The translations under genes and the position numbers were made by a program. Below the pieces are notes generated by a model that made no database searches, was not told the origin of the DNA, and saw only the letters and a program-made list of their open reading frames with translations. Of a stretch of DNA of 64,000 nt, positions 1 to 8,118 are shown in pieces (the first letter of the stretch is position 1; the number at the start of each line of letters is the position of its first letter). This DNA is from a virus, in the IMG/VR virus record IMGVR_UViG_3300022591_000004, positions 1 through 64,000 of that record; one strand, 5' to 3'.

Positions 1-70
1 ACCCCAGCCGTGTGGTCTGCTTGCGCTTCAGGGACGGTTCTGGGGTGTTCAGGATAAGTATATATCTTTG

Positions 71-144
71 TGCACCAAGTAGGAGTCGAACCTACAACAT
101 CTAGTTCCTAAGACTAGCGCCTCTACCAGTTGGGCTATTAGTGC
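71..144 (-). tRNA. tRNA-Leu(UAG), short variable arm
   Basis: Reverse complement folds as GCACTAA/TTGGTGC acceptor, GCC-CAACTGGTAGA-GGC D-arm, CTAGT-CTTAGGA-ACTAG anticodon arm, 5-nt variable loop ATGTT, GTAGG-TTCGACT-CCTAC T-arm; discriminator A; no encoded CCA. Confidence 0.9.
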
Positions 145-145
145 G

Positions 146-222
146 TGGTTGCGGGAGTGGGATTTGAACCCACGACCTAGAGCTTATGAGGCTCCCGAGC
201 TTCCGAGCTGCTCTATCCCGCG
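146..222 (-). tRNA. tRNA-Met(CAU), initiator-like
   Basis: Reverse complement CGCGGGA...TCCCGCA-A-CCA with C1xA72 mismatch, CTCATAA anticodon loop, TTCAAAT T-loop, encoded CCA. Confidence 0.92.
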
Positions 223-285
223 ATAAGAAACCCCCCTGGTGCGCTTTGAGTAGAGGCGTGGGAGGTGTTGTGTCTTAATTATAGC

Positions 286-317
286 AGAAAGCCCCCGATT
301 GCTCAGGGGCTTTCTTG
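286..317. terminator. Rho-independent terminator, possibly bidirectional
   Basis: AGAAAGCCCC-CGATTGCTCA-GGGGCTTTCTT hairpin downstream of the minus-strand ORF ending at 363. Confidence 0.7.
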
Positions 318-362
318 CGTTGTTAACGCACCAGTTGAGGGTATATCCGCCTCAAACTCGGA

Positions 363-569
363 TTAGTTTGATTTTGTTCCGTCAGACCAGGTAACTGGAT
401 ATGAAGGTAGTCCTGGGAAAGCGGCTCTAAGAGCAGCGAGTGCAGCGTCTTTATCAGCCTGTGTAACAGCAGCGTCAACTCCACGCAGAGCATCTATTTT
501 TGCTACAGATACGTCTGGTAGACCAGCGGTTATCTGTGCCATTACTTCTGTTTCTTTTGCAGTTAGCAT
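363..569 (-). CDS. hypothetical protein
   Basis: ORF; ATG at 569 preceded by AAGGAG RBS. Confidence 0.65.
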   Translation of the reverse strand: MLTAKETEVMAQITAGLPDVSVAKIDALRGVDAAVTQADKDAALAALRAAFPGLPSYPVTWSDGTKSN

Positions 570-580
570 TTGTTTTCTCC

Positions 581-1030
581 TTAGTTCCAATTAATGGTGA
601 GGCCTTGGGCGTATACCCAAGGGGGAACGCTTCCCAAGGACAAACCACTAGCTGCAGATACAAAGCTTCCACTAGGGTTTAGCTCAAATACTCCGTATAC
701 TAAGTACGGGCTTGACGCAAACTTAAATGTAGTTCCGTTAAGTGCGGTGTAGTCGTACGCACCCCACGCTACTACACCAGTAATGTGATATACGGTGTTT
801 ATGTCATTGTTAAGTGCGTTTCGTAAAGGCGAGTAGTCCACGCCTCCAAATAAAAATTCTGGAGCTCCAAAATAGCTACGCGACGCGTCTGCGTAATGAG
901 AGTTAAAGCTGGCACCGCTGCCAAAAGAAATTGTGAAACTATTGGCGTAGCTTGGCGCACCAGATACCAGCGAGATTGTTGCTGGGCCAGCGATAGTGGC
1001 TGGGCCAGAAAAGTTATTAGTTACGGACAT
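581..1030 (-). CDS. hypothetical Ser/Gly/Tyr-rich beta-strand protein
   Basis: 149-aa ORF with AGAGG RBS. Confidence 0.65.
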   Translation of the reverse strand: MSVTNNFSGPATIAGPATISLVSGAPSYANSFTISFGSGASFNSHYADASRSYFGAPEFLFGGVDYSPLRNALNNDINTVYHITGVVAWGAYDYTALNGTTFKFASSPYLVYGVFELNPSGSFVSAASGLSLGSVPPWVYAQGLTINWN

Positions 1031-1147
1031 GTAAAGCCTCTCTTTGATAAGACTAACAGTAAGTCTAGCAGCTAAAGCACATCGTCCCCTCCTAAAAGGG
1101 GCCGATGTGTGACAGGTAGCGAATCCGTCAGTACTAATACTATCAGT

Positions 1148-1447
1148 TTAAGCGTCTTTAAGGATTCTATTGACTTTAGTTCCACAGGTAGCGCACTTGC
1201 TTTGCGCCACCAGTCTGCCTGATTGGGTGTTGTTCACCTTGTAAAAAGTATAATTTTCCGCCTTCTTACACTTAATACAGAACATGACCATCTCACTTTG
1301 GGTAGAAGAAGGCTTAAACTTCACCAAAGCTAAAGAAATCGCCGTTGTAACGATTATGAGCGCATACCCAAATATACTCCTCATGTCAGACACCAGATAA
1401 TCAGACACATGATAGCTATGCCCGTCACCAGCGCCAGAGGCAACCAC
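1148..1447 (-). CDS. DUF5679-like zinc-ribbon protein with N-terminal hydrophobic segment
   Basis: FCIKCKK...GRLVAQSKCATCGTKVNRI pattern; true start may be downstream. Confidence 0.6.
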   Translation of the reverse strand: MVASGAGDGHSYHVSDYLVSDMRSIFGYALIIVTTAISLALVKFKPSSTQSEMVMFCIKCKKAENYTFYKVNNTQSGRLVAQSKCATCGTKVNRILKDA

Positions 1448-1610
1448 TCATCATTCTTCATCAGTATCCTCCTCTAACCGCAATACATAGCCGTTCTTAG
1501 CGCAATAATGTACCACATCACTGAGTGAGGCTTGGAGAAGGAAGTCCAAGGCAACTTCTACCAAGGCAACCTCTTCGCGCAGCTTCTTCTTTTTTCCCAT
1601 TATCTACTCC

Positions 1611-1883
1611 TTAACAATCAGCGCTATTAGGTTGAGTGGTTATAGCGTTATCGGTTTTATATATCATAGTGGTTCCATCGCAAAACTTAGAGACACCATC
1701 AGGCAAAGTTACTACAGAACTCTTAGGGTCTGGCGTTACAGTTACTGGCGGATTGTGCGGTTCGGGCGTTCTTATTGAGCGGTCGTGAATAGGAATAATT
1801 ACGAAAGTAATAACAGCCGCAAGAACGGCTCCACCAAGAGCAATAAGTATAGAGGGTCCGCCGTTTCCGTTTGGGTCACCCAT
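1611..1883 (-). CDS. small membrane-anchored protein
   Basis: N-terminal TM helix (ILIALGGAVLAAVITFVII); GAAGGAG RBS. Confidence 0.65.
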   Translation of the reverse strand: MGDPNGNGGPSILIALGGAVLAAVITFVIIPIHDRSIRTPEPHNPPVTVTPDPKSSVVTLPDGVSKFCDGTTMIYKTDNAITTQPNSADC

Positions 1884-2007
1884 TATGCGTTCTCCTTCTC
1901 TGTGACTCGGTTAGTTGACCACTCCATATAACGATTGTGGAAACAGTTAAAGCAGTATTTACCCCACTTGTTGAAGGCGTTTAGCTCTGTACGGCAATCA
2001 AGGCAGT

Positions 2008-2280
2008 TCACCCTAACTCCTTCTCAATGGCTCGAATAGTGGGGCAGGGATACGGAAATTCAATTCCACATTCTTCGCAAGTGTTGCTAGTAGGGCGAAG
2101 TTCTCCGCTTACGCTCCAAGATTCTCCGTGATGTTTATGCAATTCCACTACTGCACGAAGGGCAAGTAAAGAACGAGCAGGAAACCATTCACCACAGGCA
2201 CTAGCAAAACCGCCTTGGTCAATGTCTTTATTTATATGTTCTAGCAATTCATCGTGTGTCATTACCAGCCTCCTAAGCAA
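2008..2280 (-). CDS. hypothetical phage protein (CxxC...YPCPT family)
   Basis: ALRAVVELH...CEEC...YPCPTIRAI motif typical of small actinophage proteins. Confidence 0.65.
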   Translation of the reverse strand: MLRRLVMTHDELLEHINKDIDQGGFASACGEWFPARSLLALRAVVELHKHHGESWSVSGELRPTSNTCEECGIEFPYPCPTIRAIEKELG

Positions 2281-2582
2281 TCGTTGGAATGTGTATGTAT
2301 AGAGTACTGAAGTAAGTACGCGCCCTTGGTAGGGGCAAAGAGCTCGGTGTTACAGGCACCACACTTGCCAGACCACTCTTCGGCAAAGAAATCATAGGTC
2401 ATAGGAGACCGTCTTTCCATATTTCAAATGTTTGATGGGCGCTAATACGCTCTGGTTGAGAGCGTCGACAGTCTTCCTTATGGGTATTAGACGCGTCTTT
2501 ACCACTTAGCTCAGAAACATTTGTAGAGCAGTTGCATCCTGCAATAAGCAGTACCGTGTTGTCTAAAGTGAATTCGAGTAGC

Positions 2583-2984
2583 TTAGTCACCGCAACCACC
2601 CACCTTATCTGATACATAGCCGTGCATCCGCCACCAGAAGCGGTTCTTCCAGTAGCGTAGATTCTTTTTGCGCTTCTGTACAGTTCCTGTGCCACTACCA
2701 ATAGACCACCACTCAAGGGGACGATAGTTCATGGCTGTGGAGTACTCCACTAGAGTAATGGTGTGATACGGCTCTATCTTTTCCGACGGAGGCGTATTTG
2801 GTGTATGTACCGCGCTCCCAGCAGTACCGAGCGCTATGCGAGAGGCGTAGCGGGTAGCGTTGTTATAGCCATTGCAATAGTCTTTGTTATCGGAGCAGGC
2901 GCAGGTGCCATCGGCTATCTCGTTGGCTATCTGCTGGCGAAGCTCTGAGAGCTCTATAGCGAGTGTTTTATTCATTTGACCCAC
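2583..2984 (-). CDS. hypothetical protein
   Basis: 133-aa ORF in tightly packed minus-strand run. Confidence 0.55.
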   Translation of the reverse strand: MGQMNKTLAIELSELRQQIANEIADGTCACSDNKDYCNGYNNATRYASRIALGTAGSAVHTPNTPPSEKIEPYHTITLVEYSTAMNYRPLEWWSIGSGTGTVQKRKKNLRYWKNRFWWRMHGYVSDKVGGCGD

Positions 2985-3065
2985 TTGCGCTTGGCGGAGA
3001 TATACCCGTAGATACCAAGACCAATGCCCAATATGTCGGCAAAGGCGATGACTGCTAATAAGACT

Positions 3066-3617
3066 TTAACGTACATTGTTGACCCCTATCGGCGCCTCTG
3101 GCAACTCGTGCATGGGTCGCAGTTCTGTACGAGGAACATACCACGTGCTCTCGTTGTACTTCCACTCTGCTCTCTTGGCATCTTTTCCATACATCCATCC
3201 AAGGGCGGTATAGGGAGCACCCTTCCATTCAGGGCCGATTCTCTTCGTTTTACGTCCTAGACCACCTGCCATCAGTACATAGATGAGCTCATCGCTATCT
3301 CTGCTGGTGATGCGAAGGCCCCGTACTGCATCGGAAAATACTGGGAACTGTGGTGGAAAGGCATATCTCACCTCTCCAAAGCCTGGAATATCTAACTCTG
3401 TCTTGAAAGTATTCTCAGAGGGCACGAAATCTTTTAGGCCCAGCATTCTAGCGAAGGCAATCTCACTACCCGCGCAAATCATATGTTGGAAGGCTTCCCA
3501 TACATCGCCTTCGGAATAATTGACATTAGCCTCTGGACGCGATAAAAAGCGTAGCTGTCTCTCCCAGCCTACCCGTGCGGCTACTGCTTCCTCTTCTACA
3601 CTCAAAAAATAATCCAC
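3066..3617 (-). CDS. hypothetical phage protein
   Basis: 183-aa ORF, GTG start with GGGG RBS. Confidence 0.7.
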   Translation of the reverse strand: MDYFLSVEEEAVAARVGWERQLRFLSRPEANVNYSEGDVWEAFQHMICAGSEIAFARMLGLKDFVPSENTFKTELDIPGFGEVRYAFPPQFPVFSDAVRGLRITSRDSDELIYVLMAGGLGRKTKRIGPEWKGAPYTALGWMYGKDAKRAEWKYNESTWYVPRTELRPMHELPEAPIGVNNVR

Positions 3618-3745
3618 GTTTCCCCTTCTTCCTGTGCGATAGTTGCATAATCCTTTAACTCTTGCAGCTTCTCACTCTTCTTCTCCGTCACCTGTTCAGC
3701 AACAGAAATCATTGCTCGTAGGGCGGTAATTGATAAAGACTCCAT
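3602..3745 (-). CDS. small hypothetical protein (47 aa), probably leaderless
   Basis: Manually translated MESLSITALRAMISVAEQ...; TACTGT -10 lies 6 nt before the ATG. Confidence 0.55.
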   Translation of the reverse strand: MESLSITALRAMISVAEQVTEKKSEKLQELKDYATIAQEEGETWIIF

Positions 3746-3838
3746 ACCTGCACAGTATCACAGGGCGCCGAATTTCATAAACTCGGCTACTACTTCTGCA
3801 CAATGAGCGATACCTGTTACTGACACCTGGCCTCAATC

Positions 3839-3963
3839 CTGAGAATTGCCTGAATTAACCCTGGGGGGTGTCTGTGTGTGTAGATAGCCTGTGGATAACT
3901 CGTTGTGGACAACACGGTGTGGATATGTCGGTGCTTGACACTTATTCAGCCTAGTATTACTGT
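3839..3963 (+). promoter_or_regulatory. Composite module 0: CTGAG tandem, three DnaA-box-like sites, sigma70 promoter
   Basis: CTGAGA 3839 and CTGAAT 3850; TGTGGATAA 3890, TGTGGACAA 3904, TGTGGATAT 3918; TTGACA 3935-3940, 17 nt, TACTGT 3958-3963. Confidence 0.8.
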
Positions 3964-4007
3964 GCTCTTAGTGGACAACACGGTTCACTAATTAGACGGG
4001 GGACACA

Positions 4008-4265
4008 ATGGCAAAGGTAGACATGCCAGGCGTTCGTAGCTTGCAGAAGCTATGGACAACTATGGTCGAGCAAGGACACGACCCTATCACAGCGGGTCAG
4101 TGGATTAACGGCGCATTTGGCGCAGATTACGAAATCTGCGACTTCTGCAACAAGTACGGCGCGGATGTTTACGAGTACGACATGGGCTCGACCGCAATTT
4201 GCTCGACCTGCGAGGACAACCAACCAACAATCAACGACCTAGTGAAAATGGAGGTGGAGGCGTGA
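4008..4265 (+). CDS. hypothetical early protein with CxxC...CxxC zinc ribbon
   Basis: 85-aa ORF directly after promoter; GGGGG RBS. Confidence 0.7.
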   Translation: MAKVDMPGVRSLQKLWTTMVEQGHDPITAGQWINGAFGADYEICDFCNKYGADVYEYDMGSTAICSTCEDNQPTINDLVKMEVEA

Positions 4266-4438
4266 GCGCCTTCACCTTCCCACGCACCGACAAGACCTAC
4301 AAGGTTACTGTCGAATTCAGCTTCTACGCCGAGGACGAAACCGAGGCGCAGGAAATAATCAAGTACCAGATTCGACGCCCAATCAACACCGACCTAGTTT
4401 CGGTGGACGATGTGACGATGGTCGAGGTTCCCGAGTGA
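4262..4438 (+). CDS. hypothetical early protein
   Basis: GTGA overlap with previous stop; GGAGG RBS. Confidence 0.65.
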   Translation: MSAFTFPRTDKTYKVTVEFSFYAEDETEAQEIIKYQIRRPINTDLVSVDDVTMVEVPE

Positions 4439-4580
4439 AGCTAGCTCTAGTGTTGGGGGCGGTTCTCACCGCCCTCATCACACACCTGTTCTTCACCCCT
4501 CACTATGGAAACTGTCAGCCAACTGACATCGGCAAGACCTGTACACTCACTCATTACACTCTCAAGGAAGGCAAATAATC

Positions 4581-4742
4581 ATGGACCCACGATTTACAAT
4601 TGCAGATACTTATAAGAAATTGCAAAAGGCGGGAATTTCTTATAAGGAGTTCGAGGCAGAACTAAACAACTGCGGCGGACCCGAGAACGCTTTTAGAATC
4701 TGCTGGAAGTACCAAGACATGGCAGAGGATTCCTGCGCATGA
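4581..4742 (+). CDS. hypothetical early protein (53 aa)
   Basis: Manually translated MDPRFTIADTYKKLQ...; AAGGAAGG RBS. Confidence 0.6.
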   Translation: MDPRFTIADTYKKLQKAGISYKEFEAELNNCGGPENAFRICWKYQDMAEDSCA

Positions 4743-4974
4743 TGACCGATTTAGAGTGGATTCTCTTTCAGCTCAATGGAGTTCTGACGGGAAGCCTGAC
4801 CACCGAGCAGAAGCTCGCCAAGCTCACCGAGCTAGTGGCTAATTGCTCAGAGGAGATAGGGCTAAGCGTATGATTATCCTAGTAGCGATAGCAGTAGGAG
4901 TCTTCGGGGGGTGGCTAGGCTCACTAGCCCCCTCAGTAGAGGATGAAGCACAGATTTAGCCCCCGCTAAAACGA

Positions 4975-5010
4975 CAAGCCCGAGAGCCGTTCCTCTCGGG
5001 TTTTGTTGTT
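4975..5010 (+). terminator. Rho-independent terminator
   Basis: CCCGAGAG-CCGTTC-CTCTCGGG followed by TTTTGTTGTTT. Confidence 0.85.
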
Positions 5011-5012
5011 TC

Positions 5013-5227
5013 TTGAGACTTTCCTGAGAATTACCTGAGCGCAAAAGTTTGTGTTGGTGGTTGATATGTGTGGTGTATGTGCCTATGCCAGCCAGCGGCT
5101 TGTCTCGCTACGCTCGCCAACACAAACATTCGGGCAATTCGGACATTTCAGGCTGTGGATAAGTCGCTGTGTATAACTAGCTGTGGAGAGAGAAGGTACT
5201 TGCATTCTCTACTAATGAGAGTAATGT
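5013..5227 (+). promoter_or_regulatory. Composite module A: 11-bp tandem, IR element, 9-bp tandem, DnaA boxes, promoter
   Basis: TTGAG/CTGAG/CTGAG at 5013/5024/5035; IR 5047-5127; CATTCGGGC-AATTCGGAC-ATTTCAGGC 5127-5153; boxes 5154, 5168, 5182; TTGCAT 5200, 16 nt, TAATGT 5222. Confidence 0.85.
5047..5127. repeat. Inverted-repeat-bounded element A (81 bp)
   Basis: GTTTGTGTTGG 5047-5057 ... CCAACACAAAC 5117-5127, a perfect 11-bp IR. Confidence 0.9.
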
Positions 5228-5274
5228 TCCTCTTGTCGCTAAACGGCGAATTTTAATACAGAAAGGCAAGGCTC

Positions 5275-6267
5275 ATGGCTCACGATTTAGAACAGGGTAA
5301 CGGTCAGACCGCATTTGCACTACGCGGAGAACCTGCATGGCACAATCTAGGAACCGTATTCGACAAGGATGCGGACATCACAACGAAGCAAATGTTAGAC
5401 CTCGCACATCTCTCCAATTGGAATGTTCGTCTAGAGCCCGTTTCCTATCCTGAGGGCTACACCACTGTCAAGGACGCTTATTCGGTTGTCCGTAATCACC
5501 CATTCAACGGCAATCCCGATGTTCTGTCGGTCGTAGGCGAGCGCTACAAGGTTGTCCAAAATGAGGAACTCTTCTCATTCGGTGACGGCATGCTAGACGG
5601 TGGCGGGGCATGGGAATCGGCGGGTTCTATCAAGGACGGTCGTGTCGTGTTCGGCTCAATCGTTATTCCGCGCGAATTTATCCTCGACCCTAGCGGAATT
5701 GCCGATAAGACAGTTTCCTATCTGCTTGTCCATACATCACATGACGGCTCGACCGCTCTACAGGCGAATGTAACGCCAATTCGCGTGGTCTGCCAGAATA
5801 CCCTCAATATCGCGCTAGGCTCTAGCAAGCAATCTTTCAAGGTTCGCCACACTCAGACAATCGGCGGACGCATGGAAGAGGCACGTCGTGTACTAGGCTT
5901 AACATTCTCCTACATGGACGATTTCCAGAAGCTGGCGCAAAATCTATTCGAGAGCGAGATTACTAATGCCCAATTCGACAAGCTTGTTGCAGGGCTCTAT
6001 CCAAAGCCTGATGAAGCTAGCAAAATGGCAACCACTAAGTACACCGACAAGCTCGACACCATCCACAATCTCTATAAAGTTGCAGCAACGCAAGACGGAA
6101 TTCGTGGCACGAAATGGGGAGCGCTCAACGCGCTCACAGAACGAGTTGATTATTTCCGTACAAGCCGAACAGGAGACAATAAGTCTCTCATGGCTTCTGC
6201 CAGCGGATTCGACGTCCAGACCAACGCTGAAAAGAACAAGATTCTAAAAGCGGTCATGGCACTGTAA
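5275..6267 (+). CDS. DUF932 / phage-plasmid TIGR03299-like protein
   Basis: EPAWHNLG, YKVVQNEELF, ESAGSIKDGRVVF, SHDGS...TPIRVVCQNTL, HT and GTKWGALNALTE motifs. Confidence 0.9.
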   Translation: MAHDLEQGNGQTAFALRGEPAWHNLGTVFDKDADITTKQMLDLAHLSNWNVRLEPVSYPEGYTTVKDAYSVVRNHPFNGNPDVLSVVGERYKVVQNEELFSFGDGMLDGGGAWESAGSIKDGRVVFGSIVIPREFILDPSGIADKTVSYLLVHTSHDGSTALQANVTPIRVVCQNTLNIALGSSKQSFKVRHTQTIGGRMEEARRVLGLTFSYMDDFQKLAQNLFESEITNAQFDKLVAGLYPKPDEASKMATTKYTDKLDTIHNLYKVAATQDGIRGTKWGALNALTERVDYFRTSRTGDNKSLMASASGFDVQTNAEKNKILKAVMAL

Positions 6268-6276
6268 CAAGATAAG

Positions 6277-6303
6277 TAGAGGGGCGGGGAAACCCGCCTC
6301 TCA
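6277..6303 (+). terminator. GC hairpin, terminator-like
   Basis: AGAGGGGCGGG-AAA-CCCGCCTCTC right after the DUF932 stop; no U-tract. Confidence 0.6.
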
Positions 6304-6518
6304 CCTAATTCTCAGACACGCCCGAGCGCGTTGCAGAAAAGTTTGTGTTGGGTGGCTGGGTGGGGTGGTGGTTGTTTCCTTTAATACTTTCGTAGCTCGC
6401 TTACTCGCTTCGACACAAACATTCGCAAAACGGACATTTCGGGCTGTGGATAACCTGGTGTGGATAAAGATATACACAGGGCGAGAGTTATTGACTTCTA
6501 CGATAACAAGAGTATTGT
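6299..6518 (+). promoter_or_regulatory. Composite module B
   Basis: TCTCAC 6299 and TCTCAG 6310; IR 6341-6420; AAAACGGAC-ATTTCGGGC 6427-6444; TGTGGATAA 6445 and 6459, ATATACACA 6470; TTGACT 6491, 16 nt, TATTGT 6513. Confidence 0.85.
6341..6420. repeat. Inverted-repeat-bounded element B (80 bp)
   Basis: GTTTGTGTTGG ... TCGACACAAAC. Confidence 0.85.
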
Positions 6519-6556
6519 CCTCTCTGTAAGGCAAATAACTACTACAGAAGGAGAGA

Positions 6557-6724
6557 ATGATGATTCAGTCACCATTCACGTCACAGGAAGTCCGTAAGCT
6601 GTTCGTCCTCGTCTGCGCTTCACCAGATATTGAGATGAAGGAAGCCATCGAGCTTCTCAACAAGTTGGATTCTTTGCATATCGCCACCAAGGGCGTCGAA
6701 TATTATGAAAGTCAGGGGGTGTGA
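6557..6724 (+). CDS. hypothetical early protein (55 aa)
   Basis: Manually translated MMIQSPFTSQEVRKLF...; AAGGAG RBS directly after promoter B. Confidence 0.65.
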   Translation: MMIQSPFTSQEVRKLFVLVCASPDIEMKEAIELLNKLDSLHIATKGVEYYESQGV

Positions 6725-7007
6725 GGTGAAAACACTGGCGGATTTTAAGCGCGCACTTACTGTAGGCACTGAAGTAGAACTACTTAGCTTAGCAAAGAAC
6801 GTCAAGGGTGGGCGCTTGCAGGTTGGTATGGTGCGCCGAGTCACCAAGGCAGATACCACTGGCGTGTACTTGCAAACCGAAGGACTCGAAGGTCGAGGTT
6901 CATTCTTAGGTTGGGATAAGGCTAAAGATTGGGTGTTTGACGGCGATAGGGCTATTAATATCGTCTGGGGCTATTCATACCGAGTATTGAATAAAGAGGG
7001 CAGCTAA
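6705..7007 (+). CDS. hypothetical early protein (probable start GTG 6726)
   Basis: ORF followed by a hairpin. Confidence 0.7.
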   Translation: MKVRGCEVKTLADFKRALTVGTEVELLSLAKNVKGGRLQVGMVRRVTKADTTGVYLQTEGLEGRGSFLGWDKAKDWVFDGDRAINIVWGYSYRVLNKEGS

Positions 7008-7019
7008 TACTTAGCTAAG

Positions 7020-7042
7020 TTGAGGGGCGAAAGCCCCTCAGC
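7020..7042 (+). terminator. GAAA-tetraloop hairpin, terminator-like
   Basis: TGAGGGGC-GAAA-GCCCCTCA. Confidence 0.65.
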
Positions 7043-7239
7043 CAATTCTCAGGAAAATGTTTGTGTTGACCGAGCGAGCAGCGAGGGCAATCAGTGGCTG
7101 GCATGGGCATATACCTGCATATATCAACCGACACAAACAATTCGGACATTTCAGACAAATTGGGCTGTGGATAACTCGTTGGGGATAAAGTTATACACAA
7201 GGGGAGAGTATTTGACATATCTATAGAAAGCGATAGTCT
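7036..7239 (+). promoter_or_regulatory. Composite module C
   Basis: CCTCAG 7036 and TCTCAG 7047; IR 7059-7138; AATTCGGAC-ATTTCAGAC-AAATTGGGC 7139-7165; TGTGGATAA 7166, TGGGGATAA 7180, TTATACACA 7191; TTGACA 7212, 16 nt, TAGTCT 7234. Confidence 0.85.
7059..7138. repeat. Inverted-repeat-bounded element C (80 bp); interior is an inverted homolog of element A
   Basis: GTTTGTGTTGA ... CCGACACAAAC; interior CGAGCGAGCAGCGAG...TGGCTGGCATGGGCATATAC...ATATCAACC aligns to the reverse complement of the A interior. Confidence 0.88.
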
Positions 7240-7286
7240 TCTCTTTGTAAGGCAAACAACCACTCTAGAAAGAGAGTAAAGGCAAA

Positions 7287-7535
7287 ATGGCAAAACTTCT
7301 ACCACGCTTTGAGGTAAAGGTTACCGCAGAGTATCACTACGAGTCCGAGGACTTTGATACCGAAGGCAACCTTACCCGCGAAACTGTCGAGAATGACGCA
7401 AGTATCGCTTTCTACGACAATGTTAATAATGCCGAAATCTACTCAACCGAGATTACCAAGTCTTGGTTCGAGTGCGAGGATTGCGGCGAAGATGATGTCG
7501 AAGAAGACCACGAGTGCGAAAACGAGGCTGAGTAA
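7287..7535 (+). CDS. highly acidic hypothetical early protein
   Basis: 82 aa, D/E-rich, C-terminal CEDC...HEC. Confidence 0.7.
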   Translation: MAKLLPRFEVKVTAEYHYESEDFDTEGNLTRETVENDASIAFYDNVNNAEIYSTEITKSWFECEDCGEDDVEEDHECENEAE

Positions 7536-7768
7536 TGACACGCAAGGACTACCAGCTTATTGCTAAGACTATTTCAGACTTCCGCTACGAGGGTACGGAG
7601 TTCCGTGACCCTGTAATGATTGCCCTGATTGACCGTCTTGGGGCGCGTATTTGTGAGGCGTTGGAAAACGAAAATCCGCGCTTTAACGCCGATAAATTTC
7701 TAGAGGCTATGGAATACGGAAAACGCCCTACCACCGATGAAATCGTCATGCGAGCGTGGGGGTCGTAA
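7535..7768 (+). CDS. conserved phage hypothetical protein (MTRKDY...NPRFxxxKF)
   Basis: MTRKDYQLIA and ENPRFNADKFLEA motif. Confidence 0.75.
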   Translation: MTRKDYQLIAKTISDFRYEGTEFRDPVMIALIDRLGARICEALENENPRFNADKFLEAMEYGKRPTTDEIVMRAWGS

Positions 7769-7817
7769 TGAAAACCACCGAAGACTACTACAAGGCTTAT
7801 TACAAGGGAGAAATAGC

Positions 7818-8018
7818 GTGAAAAAAGGCATTAAAGAAGTCCTTCAGATTGCTCTAGAAGAAGCTGACGACTATAGCTACGTCCTAACACAGGAACAAGC
7901 CGCAGAACATCGGGGCGCAAAATACGCTCTATACGAGGTTTATCAGTATCTCTTTGATGAGTCATACCAGACCGAGCGTGACAAGCGCCTAGAGGCTAAA
8001 CAGAGTTCTCCCGCGTAA
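7818..8018 (+). CDS. hypothetical early protein
   Basis: GTG start with GGGAG RBS; followed by terminator. Confidence 0.6.
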   Translation: MKKGIKEVLQIALEEADDYSYVLTQEQAAEHRGAKYALYEVYQYLFDESYQTERDKRLEAKQSSPA

Positions 8019-8050
8019 GTTATTTGCCTTTCTGACGCGGTTGAGATGGG

Positions 8051-8090
8051 ACATAGAGCGGAGACTACCCTTCGCTCTTTGTTCATTTTA
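8051..8090 (+). terminator. Rho-independent terminator
   Basis: AGAGCGGAG-ACTACC-CTTCGCTCT followed by TTGTTCATTTT. Confidence 0.65.
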
Positions 8091-8118
8091 GTAGAAAATT
8101 CGCGCCTAAGCGCCAAAA

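Noticed and set aside
5117-6425. LexA SOS boxes (ACACAAACATTCG resembling CGAAC-N4-GTTCG)
   Set aside because: The left half-site and spacing do not fit; better explained as IR arm plus 9-bp repeat
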